From positions 1-40,132 of the forward strand of contig JACKGH010000001.1 of NCBI GenBank assembly GCA_020632075.1: a stretch of 40,132 bases of DNA, in the 5' to 3' direction. Source of the DNA: Candidatus Nomurabacteria bacterium. Lineage in GTDB: Bacteria > Patescibacteriota > Minisyncoccia > Phycocordibacterales > UBA918. The translations under genes and the position numbers were made by a program. The notes below the pieces were generated by a model that was given only the letters and a program-made list of their open reading frames with translations, was not told the DNA's origin and searched no databases. Below are positions 33,268-40,132 of this stretch, in pieces (the stretch's first letter is position 1; the number at the start of each line of letters is the position of its first letter).

Positions 33268-33416
33268 TGCGGGTCCACGAGGACTCGAATCTTACAGATT
33301 CTGTGCAGCGTTTGGATATTTTGTTCGCAAGCTCCAAAATATCTCAAACCGCTTTTCGAGCCCTCGGGCAGTCATTTGAAAAAACCAACCACAAGGGTTG
33401 ATTCTTTCAAATAATG
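33268..33416 (-). repeat. tRNA-linked element: conserved long hairpin plus a 22-nt duplicate of the tRNA-Trp 3' end
   Basis: 33268-33289 is identical to 33415-33436. The hairpin at 33308-33352 has the same GATATTTTG/CAAAATATC core and the loop GAGCTTGCGAA as the tRNA-Leu copy. The outer stem base pairs covary between the two copies. A separate small terminator (CAACC-cttgt-GGTTG plus a T-run, 33378-33400) lies between the tRNA and the element. Confidence 0.5.
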
Positions 33417-33487
33417 CGGGTCCACGAGGACTCGAACCTCGGCCGACGGTTTTGGAGACCGTTGTTCTACCACTAAACTATAGACCC
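33417..33487 (-). tRNA. tRNA-Trp (anticodon CCA)
   Basis: Acceptor GGGTCTA/TGGACCC, discriminator G73, anticodon stem ACGGT/ACCGT, loop CTCCAAA, T-loop TTCGAGT. Confidence 0.9.
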
Positions 33488-33539
33488 AAATTTGTTGTGC
33501 GAGTAATACTAGCCAAACTGAGCTTAAAACGCAACTGTG

Positions 33540-34436
33540 CTATTCGGCGAGAAATTCCGCTACGCGCCGAAAGATCGCTTCGCGATCTTTCGGCGCGTAC
33601 CATTCAATTTCATCATCGCGTTTTAGCCAGGTCATCTGTCGCTTGGCAAACTGGCGGATCTTCGTTTCGAGTTCGGTCACCATTTCATCTTCTGGTAGTT
33701 CACCTTTGAGAAGTTTAGCGAGATAGCGATACTCGAGACCAAGATCATTCATACGCTCGAATGACACACCCTCAGCATGGAGCCGTTTCGCTTCATCAAC
33801 CATACCGTCCTTCATGCGCTCAATGAGACGAATATGAATATTGCTGTGGAGTGTTTCTTTGGAAAGGTCGACACCGAGCACGAGCCAGTCATATGGAGAC
33901 TCAGGGCTGGTTTCAGTCGGGACTGATCCAAGCGCGTCGACGATCTCTAGGGCGCGTATGATACGGCGCTTGTTGTGCGCGTCGATCGTCTCGGCACGGG
34001 CTGGGTCTGCAATTTGTAATTTCTCAAAGAGTGCTTCGGCCGGAAGAAGTTCGAGTTCGCCGCGCAACTGTTCGTTTGGCTCGACTGGAGCGGTGCTCGA
34101 CTTGCCTCGGAGCTGATCGAGGTAAAAGAAGCTACCGCCGGCAATGACCGGGCACAAGCCGCGCTTCTGGATATCCAGAAGCGCGGCTTGTGCATCTCGC
34201 TGCCAATCTGCAGCAGTGTACACATTAGTCGGTGCTGTCACATCAAGCAGATGATGCGGCACACCGTCCATTTCTTCCGTCGTGACCTTTCCAGATCCAA
34301 TATTGAGTCCAGTGTATACCTGGCGTGAGTCAGCCGAAATCACTTCGCCATTGAATTTCTTGGCGATATCTATAGAGAGTGAGGTTTTGCCTGAGGCAGT
34401 TGGTCCCACAATAGCAATGACTTTTGGCTTCTGCAT
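33540..34436 (-). CDS. miaA: tRNA dimethylallyltransferase
   Basis: 298 aa. P-loop GPTASGKTS and typical MiaA sequence throughout. Confidence 0.93.
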   Translation of the reverse strand: MQKPKVIAIVGPTASGKTSLSIDIAKKFNGEVISADSRQVYTGLNIGSGKVTTEEMDGVPHHLLDVTAPTNVYTAADWQRDAQAALLDIQKRGLCPVIAGGSFFYLDQLRGKSSTAPVEPNEQLRGELELLPAEALFEKLQIADPARAETIDAHNKRRIIRALEIVDALGSVPTETSPESPYDWLVLGVDLSKETLHSNIHIRLIERMKDGMVDEAKRLHAEGVSFERMNDLGLEYRYLAKLLKGELPEDEMVTELETKIRQFAKRQMTWLKRDDEIEWYAPKDREAIFRRVAEFLAE

Positions 34437-34512
34437 AGAGCTGAGTGTAGCAAAAACAGCTTGTAATACAATGGTGTGGTATGATGTCTGCGATTAATTC
34501 GTAATTCTATCT

Positions 34513-35127
34513 ATGAACATGGAACATGCATGTAAATGTGGGGAAGCTGTTGTATACGCACCGTTGACGGTCGGTGACGCTGTACCTGAGGAACTCGATT
34601 TCCCGGTACTGCACAATGACGAAGAAAAGCAGATGAGTTTTAAGGAGCTTCGCGGGAAGTGGGCTGTGCTGGTTTTCTATCCAAAAGACTTTACCTTTAT
34701 TTGTCCTACTGAGCTCGAAGATATGCAGAAGCATTATGAAGCGTTTACCGCAGAAGGTGCAGAAGTGATCTCAGTTTCAACTGACACGATCGAAGTGCAT
34801 AAAGCATGGCACGACAACTCACCAGCAATCAAGACACTCACGTACCCGATGGCAGCCGATCCAGCACATGTACTGTCTGAAGTATTTGGTGTACTGATCC
34901 CTGAAGCAGGAGTAACACACCGTGCGACGTTTATCATTGATCCGGAAGGAGTGATTCGCTGTATTGAGATCAATCACGATGCAATTGGTCGCAGTGCGAA
35001 GGAAACGCTCCGCAAGATGAAGGCAGCAAAGCATGTAAACGAACATCCGGGAAATGTCTGTCCAGCCAGCTGGGAAGAAGGAGATGAGACTTTGAAGCCA
35101 GGTCTTGATCTGGTTGGGAAGATCTAG
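34513..35127 (+). CDS. typical 2-Cys peroxiredoxin (AhpC/Prx1 type)
   Basis: Peroxidatic motif FTFICPTE and resolving-Cys motif VCPASW. The true start may be the ATG 6 nt downstream. Confidence 0.9.
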   Translation: MNMEHACKCGEAVVYAPLTVGDAVPEELDFPVLHNDEEKQMSFKELRGKWAVLVFYPKDFTFICPTELEDMQKHYEAFTAEGAEVISVSTDTIEVHKAWHDNSPAIKTLTYPMAADPAHVLSEVFGVLIPEAGVTHRATFIIDPEGVIRCIEINHDAIGRSAKETLRKMKAAKHVNEHPGNVCPASWEEGDETLKPGLDLVGKI

Positions 35128-35135
35128 GAACTAGA

Positions 35136-35176
35136 AAGTATAAAGGCCGGGGCGCTTCGCGCCCCGGCCTTTATAC
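35136..35176 (+). terminator. intrinsic terminator (GGCCGGGGCGC family, 19-bp extended palindrome)
   Basis: AGTATAAAGGCCGGGGCGC-ttc-GCGCCCCGGCCTTTATACT. Confidence 0.75.
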
Positions 35177-35180
35177 TTTG

Positions 35181-35262
35181 TGCCTCGGGAGGGAGTCGAA
35201 CCCTCAAGCCTTACGGCATACGATTTTGAGTCGTACGTGTATACCAATTCCACCACCGAGGC
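35181..35262 (-). tRNA. tRNA-Leu (anticodon CAA), long variable arm
   Basis: Acceptor GCCTCGG/CCGAGGC, anticodon stem TACGA/TCGTA, loop CTCAAAA, T-loop TTCGACT. Confidence 0.9.
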
Positions 35263-35323
35263 GGGTGATAGGTGACAGTGAGTGTACCAGAAAAAACATG
35301 GAATGAGAACAACTCTTTCTTAA

Positions 35324-35356
35324 CATCAAAATAGCCCACCGTATCAACAGGGGCTA
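35324..35356 (-). terminator. weak intrinsic terminator of the 123-aa orphan gene
   Basis: Minus strand reads TAGCCC-13 nt-GGGCTA followed by TTTTGATG. Confidence 0.4.
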
Positions 35357-35370
35357 AGTGTTCGGTCGTT

Positions 35371-35742
35371 TCAAGCTCTCTCGAGAGGAATCTCTGTATC
35401 CCAAGCCCCATCCCGCTTTTCAATGAACAACATGACCGGCCTTGTGAGCTCGAGGCGTATCTGCCCCAATTCAATGAACCACTCCTTCGTTGTTGTAAAA
35501 AGCTCATCAGGAACGGTCATGTGGACATGTCCTACCGGGGGATTCTTGAAACTCACTACGTTTTTAGCTTCATCGTCAAAGCCAAATTCTCCACCAGAAC
35601 AAAACAGGTTGTCGGCAAAGGAGTCGCAGAAGAGTTCTGCCTGTTTGTCGTTCTCCAGTGCAGTCAGTTTGAATCCAATGCACTCGTCACCTTTGATGAG
35701 TAGGTGGCAAGTAACGCTAAGTTCGTTGTCATTTGTTGACAT
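35371..35742 (-). CDS. hypothetical protein, 123 aa (GC-rich orphan cassette next to tRNA-Leu(CAA))
   Basis: GGAGGTG SD 4 nt upstream of the ATG, own promoter and terminator. No family recognised. Confidence 0.55.
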   Translation of the reverse strand: MSTNDNELSVTCHLLIKGDECIGFKLTALENDKQAELFCDSFADNLFCSGGEFGFDDEAKNVVSFKNPPVGHVHMTVPDELFTTTKEWFIELGQIRLELTRPVMLFIEKRDGAWDTEIPLERA

Positions 35743-35778
35743 TTATCACCTCCAGTGGTTCCCGTACATCTGGTTTGC

Positions 35779-35807
35779 ATAGTACAGATATCAGGTATTT
35801 AACGCAA
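35779..35807 (-). promoter_or_regulatory. candidate promoter of the 123-aa gene
   Basis: Minus strand reads TTGCGT-17 nt-TACTAT. Confidence 0.4.
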
Positions 35808-35890
35808 GAATAGTAAGAAACTGATTGATCAAACAAGTATGTTAGAATACAGGCATATCGAGTATGTAGAGCTCGGAGGTAATATTTGTT

Positions 35891-37126
35891 ATGGCATTTC
35901 AAGGTGATTCAATATACTGGGTGGAAGTAGAGAAGGTTGTTCCTAATCCGTTTCAGCCAAGACGAGAATTTGATCAGAACAAGCTGCAAGAACTGGCAGA
36001 TTCTATTCGCATGTACGGCGTGCTACAGCCACTCACAGTGACGCGCAAGGAGATCCAACGTGAAGATGGAACGTTTTACTCAGAATACGAACTGATTGCA
36101 GGAGAGCGTCGTATGCGCGCAAGTAAATTGGCCGGTGTCGCACAGGTGCCAGTGATTATTCGTGAAGGGGAGCAGAGCGAACAAGAAAAGCTCGAACTTG
36201 CGATCATTGAGAACTTGCAGCGTGAGGATCTCAATGCGGTTGATCGTGCTCTCGCATTTCGCCAGCTCGCAGATGCGTTTGGGCTGTCACATGCACAGGT
36301 AGCGCAGAAAGTCGGTCGCAGTCGTGAGTATGTTTCGAATTCCATTCGTCTTCTTGGTTTGCCTGATCATATGCTGGATTCGCTCAAGATCGCTGACATG
36401 ATGGAAGGGCATGCCCGCACGCTTCTCATGCTCACTGATCGCCCTGAAGAGCAAGAAGTGGTCTATAAAGAGATCTTGCTAAAAAAGCTCTCAGTACGCG
36501 AAGTAGAGCGTATTGTGCGCAAGATCGCGACTGATAAAGTACGTAAAAAGAACCCGCTTGAATTTGATGAGAGTCTCATCGAATTTGAAAAGAAATTTAC
36601 CGAGACGCTCGGTACTCGGGTACAGATCCAAAAGACTGACTTCGGTGGCAAGCTCACTATTGACTACTTTTCAGAGGAAGACTTGGAAGCCATTTTGCAG
36701 CGCATGGCAGCTGAAGTTGCCGCGTCTCAGCCAGTTGAGTCAACAACATATGAAATGGTCAATCGACTTACAGAGCACACCCCACTTTCTGTAGATGAAG
36801 AAAGCGTTGAGTCTGCAAGCTACGAGCAGTCGCGGTCAGTGCAAGAGATGTCCGTACGAGAGCCGCAGTTTATTGTGACTCGAGCGGTGACCTATCTAAC
36901 TACGCCAGTACCTGAACCAGTGCAAGAAGAGGCCGTAGATGATTCAGGATCGCTTGCAAGTTACATCCAACGCCCACCTGAGCCATCGTTTACGCCTCGG
37001 CGTGAGCCTTCATTTGTGGCGCAGAGTTTTGATGAGCCTGTGTCTGAGCCAGCTCCAGAAAAACAGCCTGAGTCACCTCAGTCAGACGACAGTGGTCTCT
37101 ACTCAATTCGAAACTTTACTGTTTAG
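35891..37126 (+). CDS. parB: ParB/Spo0J partition protein with a long disordered C-terminal extension
   Basis: ParB-box motif ELIAGERRMRAS and an HTH segment (SHAQVAQKVGRSREYVSN). GGAGGT lies upstream. Confidence 0.9.
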   Translation: MAFQGDSIYWVEVEKVVPNPFQPRREFDQNKLQELADSIRMYGVLQPLTVTRKEIQREDGTFYSEYELIAGERRMRASKLAGVAQVPVIIREGEQSEQEKLELAIIENLQREDLNAVDRALAFRQLADAFGLSHAQVAQKVGRSREYVSNSIRLLGLPDHMLDSLKIADMMEGHARTLLMLTDRPEEQEVVYKEILLKKLSVREVERIVRKIATDKVRKKNPLEFDESLIEFEKKFTETLGTRVQIQKTDFGGKLTIDYFSEEDLEAILQRMAAEVAASQPVESTTYEMVNRLTEHTPLSVDEESVESASYEQSRSVQEMSVREPQFIVTRAVTYLTTPVPEPVQEEAVDDSGSLASYIQRPPEPSFTPRREPSFVAQSFDEPVSEPAPEKQPESPQSDDSGLYSIRNFTV

Positions 37127-38669
37127 GGTGTTCACCATGATCAAGTGCGGTCTTGATCTTGCGTCTCGCAAGTGATGTTTTTGCAAAGTCGAGCCACTTT
37201 TGGCTTGGTTGCGCTGATTTTCGTGTTTCGATCTCAACGATATCTCCATTACGGAGTTCAGTGCTGAGTGAGACTAGCTTGCGGTTTACTTTCGCGCCAA
37301 AGGTGTGTTCACCAACTTCTGAGTGAATTGCATAGGCAAAATCGATCGGAGTTGCGCCAACGGGGAGGTCAACCACGTCACCGGTCGGAGTGAAGACAAA
37401 GATGCGGTTTGAGAAAAAGTCTGACTGTGCGTCTTCAACGAACTCTCGTGTGGAATTTTTTGAATCAGGATTATAGGTTTGACCAATTTGCGATATCCAG
37501 CGAGGAATTTTCTGAAAGTGAGGAGTGGTTGCTTGCTCTGCGAGATTCTCTTCAAAATCTGCATCACGTCGAGCGAAGGGTTTGAAGAGTCCTGGAACGA
37601 GTGCTGAGAACATAGAGGGTTTACGGTTGTCGCTTACCGATGGTTGTTTGTAGAAAATGTGTGATGCTACACCAAACTCAGCCTCTTGGTGCATTTGTCT
37701 GGTGCGGATCTGGATCTCTAAGATCACACCGTTTTGAGTGGTGACTGTGGTGTGGAGTGATTGGTAGCCATTTGGCTTCGGGAATGCGATGTAGTCTTTG
37801 ACACGCTGGGGAAGTGGACGCCAGAGTTCGTGCACGATACCGAGGGTGCGGTAACAATCTTCGACAGAATTTACGACCACACGCATGGCCATAAGGTCGT
37901 AGATCGAGTCGATGCTCCACTCTTTTCGTTTCAGCTTATTGTAGAGGCTGTATTTTCCTTTGACACGGTATGAGGTGTGAAAATCAGTGAAACCAACGTC
38001 GGCGAGTTTCTTTTGGAGCACCTTTCGTTCGCGTTCCAATATCTCGTTCGCGTTTCCAAAGCGGCTCTTGAGTGATTCAGCGACACGCTTGGCTTCTTCG
38101 GGGTAGACAAATGGAAACGCCAGGTCTTCGAGTTCTTTGCGAAGCTTACCCATTCCAAGTCGATGCGCTACTGGCACGTAGATCTCGAGCGTCTCCCGTG
38201 CGATACGCTGCTGCTTTTCTTCAGGTACGTGGTGGAGTGTCTCCATATTATGAAGACGGTCAACGAGTTTGATGATGAGGACACGGATGTCTTGGCTCGT
38301 TGCTACAAACAGCTTGCGCAGACTTTCGTTGTGACGATCAGTGCCATAGTAACGAACCGAAGAGAGCTTGGTGACTCCTTCCACTAAGAAGAGAACTTCT
38401 TCACCGAATTCTTTCTTGATATCTTCTGAAGTAACCGGAGTATCTTCGATCGTGTCATGGAGGAGTCCAGCGCAAATGGTGCGTGGACCCATACCCATCT
38501 CGGCTAGCTTGTGGCCAACCGCAGCAACATGAATCATATACGGGTCACCAGAGTAGCGCTTGTGTCCTTCGTGGGCTTTGGCGGCGTAGTCATACGCTTT
38601 TGTTACTAACGCTCGATCAGCGTCGCTTGGTTCATTGAGTTGCGCAATGATATCTTCTGCAGAGTGCAT
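37116..38669 (-). CDS. rel: bifunctional (p)ppGpp synthetase/hydrolase, RelA/SpoT family
   Basis: 517 aa. HD domain (HDTIEDT), synthetase domain (DYIAFPKPNGYQSLHTTV) and a TGS region. The 3' end overlaps the parB 3' end by 11 nt. Confidence 0.93.
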   Translation of the reverse strand: MHSAEDIIAQLNEPSDADRALVTKAYDYAAKAHEGHKRYSGDPYMIHVAAVGHKLAEMGMGPRTICAGLLHDTIEDTPVTSEDIKKEFGEEVLFLVEGVTKLSSVRYYGTDRHNESLRKLFVATSQDIRVLIIKLVDRLHNMETLHHVPEEKQQRIARETLEIYVPVAHRLGMGKLRKELEDLAFPFVYPEEAKRVAESLKSRFGNANEILERERKVLQKKLADVGFTDFHTSYRVKGKYSLYNKLKRKEWSIDSIYDLMAMRVVVNSVEDCYRTLGIVHELWRPLPQRVKDYIAFPKPNGYQSLHTTVTTQNGVILEIQIRTRQMHQEAEFGVASHIFYKQPSVSDNRKPSMFSALVPGLFKPFARRDADFEENLAEQATTPHFQKIPRWISQIGQTYNPDSKNSTREFVEDAQSDFFSNRIFVFTPTGDVVDLPVGATPIDFAYAIHSEVGEHTFGAKVNRKLVSLSTELRNGDIVEIETRKSAQPSQKWLDFAKTSLARRKIKTALDHGEHPKQ

Positions 38670-38675
38670 CGTTTG

Positions 38676-38704
38676 ATTGTAGGACGTGATGTGAGTCTTG
38701 GCAA
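38676..38704 (-). promoter_or_regulatory. promoter positioned for a leaderless rel transcript
   Basis: Minus strand reads TTGCCA-17 nt-TACAAT, then 6 nt (caaacg), then ATG. Confidence 0.45.
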
Positions 38705-38723
38705 GATTTTGGATACAAATAGG

Positions 38724-38764
38724 AAAAAGACGGCGGGCCCCTTCGGGGCCCGCCGCCTTTTTAT
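38724..38764. terminator. bidirectional terminator hairpin immediately after the topA stop
   Basis: GGCGGGCCCC-ttc-GGGGCCCGCC flanked by AAAAAGA and CTTTTTAT. Confidence 0.75.
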
Positions 38765-40132
38765 CTACCGCTGCTTTAACAGTTCTACTGCCAGCTCAAG
38801 GGTGATATCTTCGGTCTTTACGTTGTCTGGAATACCAATTCGCTTAAAGCCTTTCTTGAGGTAACGGCCAGACTTACTTTCAAACACATTGACGAGCTTG
38901 CGAGTAGTTGGGTGGACGCCGAGTTCCTTAAGGAGTGTTTCACCCTTACGGAGTGTCTTTGGTTCGGCGAGAATCTCAAGTGCACGCTCGTAGGTGATGG
39001 TGTATGGGTCATCTTTCTTTGGATCTTTGAGGCTGCGGAAGTCACCGGCGTGGCCGATGTATGGTCCGTATTGGCCAGTATTAGCGATGATCGGCTCGCC
39101 GGTCTTGGGGTGATTACCAAGCTCGCGTGGAAGAAGGAGGTATTTTACCGCATCATTGAGTGAGACATCTTCTGGCTTGGTGCCAGCAGGTAGGGAAGCA
39201 CGGCGAGGCGCTGGACCTCGTTTCTTCACTGGAATAGTTTTACCGTCCTCGTCTTTTGTCGCTGGTGCTTCACCGAGCTGTACATATGGGCCGAAGCGGC
39301 CATTGAGTACAAAGATCGGCTCGCCCGTTTCCGGATGCTTACCAATTGGTGCATCCGGCTTTACTTCAGAGCCGTCGATCAGTCGTGCACCATCACAGTC
39401 AGGGAATTTGCTACACGAGAGGAAAGTACCGTTGCGACCAAGCTTGCGATCCATTGTTGCGCCACACTTTGGGCACGGGAACTCCTTTGGTCCCGGACCA
39501 AGCGTTGTGAGCTTTTCGATGTCTTCTTTTGCTGCGACAGCCTTGGTAAATGGTTTATAAAAATCACTAAGAGTTTTTACGTACTCTCGCTCACCTGAGG
39601 CGATCTCGTCGAGTTCGTCTTCCATTTCACTGGTGAAGTCGTCGCTGATGTAGTCAGTGAAGTGTTCTTCGAGGAAGGTTGAAACCACATCACCGGTGTC
39701 GGTTGGGATGAGCGTGCGGCCGTCTTTCTCAACATACCCGCGCTGTACGATGGTGTTCATAATACTCGCGTAGGTAGATGGTCGACCAATGCCGCGTTTC
39801 TCAAGTTCTTTGATCAGGCCAGCTTCTGAGTAGCGGCCAGGTGGCTGGGTTTGCTTAGCTTCAATAGCAACCTCCTTGCATGAAAGCGTGTCGCCCTTCT
39901 GAAGCTTTGGTACTTCGGTGTCTTCGCCACGAGCTCGTGTGTCGACTTTGAGCCAGCCGTCGAAGATGACGCGTGAACCGTTGACTGCGAAGTCTGGAAT
40001 AGTTTCTGCGCTATCAGTGACGTTGGTGATAAGTTTAGTGCGCTTCAGGGTTGCATCGGCCATCTGAGAAGCAACGGCTCGTTCGAAGATCAGTTCGTAG
40101 AGGGCTTTTTGATCGCCGGTAGAGCCAGCAGA
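38765..40132 (-). CDS. topA: DNA topoisomerase I, C-terminal part (the gene continues beyond the window edge)
   Basis: The frame stays open to position 40132. It has a Zn-ribbon (CPKCGATMDRKLGRNGTFLSCSKFPDC) and repeated GRFGPY-type C-terminal motifs. Confidence 0.93.
   Translation of the reverse strand, partial: SAGSTGDQKALYELIFERAVASQMADATLKRTKLITNVTDSAETIPDFAVNGSRVIFDGWLKVDTRARGEDTEVPKLQKGDTLSCKEVAIEAKQTQPPGRYSEAGLIKELEKRGIGRPSTYASIMNTIVQRGYVEKDGRTLIPTDTGDVVSTFLEEHFTDYISDDFTSEMEDELDEIASGEREYVKTLSDFYKPFTKAVAAKEDIEKLTTLGPGPKEFPCPKCGATMDRKLGRNGTFLSCSKFPDCDGARLIDGSEVKPDAPIGKHPETGEPIFVLNGRFGPYVQLGEAPATKDEDGKTIPVKKRGPAPRRASLPAGTKPEDVSLNDAVKYLLLPRELGNHPKTGEPIIANTGQYGPYIGHAGDFRSLKDPKKDDPYTITYERALEILAEPKTLRKGETLLKELGVHPTTRKLVNVFESKSGRYLKKGFKRIGIPDNVKTEDITLELAVELLKQR

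Noticed and set aside
1-40132. An alternative genetic code (UGA recoded, as in some CPR lineages).
   Set aside because: TGA terminates well-delimited genes (for example 7042-7044 and 8355-8357), and the long conserved ORFs contain no in-frame TGA. The standard bacterial code fits.

Overview
The window looks like a 40 kb chromosomal segment from a small-genome, Patescibacteria/CPR-like bacterium, possibly Saccharibacteria-like. That placement is an inference from gene content, not a search result. The genetic code is standard, since TGA is used as a stop. The conserved backbone is rpsA, gyrA, rbfA-infB (short IF-2), clpB, miaA, a 2-Cys peroxiredoxin, parB, rel/spoT, topA (partial), a TrhO-like rhodanese, a membrane-fused spermidine-synthase-like protein, a PAP2-like protein, a frameshifted cysteine desulfurase, and 7 tRNA genes. 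No rRNA, CRISPR array, transposase, integrase or reverse transcriptase is visible. Five things are worth a second look. (1) The two-helix VirB2/TrbC-type pilin module occurs seven times: five tandem small pilin genes at 8.4-10.2 kb, plus two secreted proteins at 28.8-33.2 kb. In those two proteins the module is fused to a C-terminal H-x6-D...H (LAS/M15-like) peptidase. The 1060-aa one also carries an Ig-like domain, a Ser/His alpha/beta-hydrolase and a PANPAN repeat linker. This is a candidate cell-surface host-attack or cell-wall-remodelling apparatus. (2) Six orphan genes in five blocks, all on the minus strand, are richer in GC than their surroundings. Each block has its own TTGACx/-10 promoter and intrinsic terminator, and each gene has a strong GGAG Shine-Dalgarno, whereas most native genes have none. 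One block is a 2.6 kb two-gene operon (313-aa protein plus 499-aa 8-TM protein) sitting between 10-bp direct repeats inside the pilin locus. (3) Three copies of a structured element have covarying stems. (4) Two related hairpin elements downstream of tRNA-Leu(TAG) and tRNA-Trp each end in a 20-22 nt duplicate of that tRNA's 3' end. (5) A tRNA-like structured spacer lies between tRNA-Cys and tRNA-Leu(TAA). All functional calls for the orphan genes are open, because I recognise no family for them.
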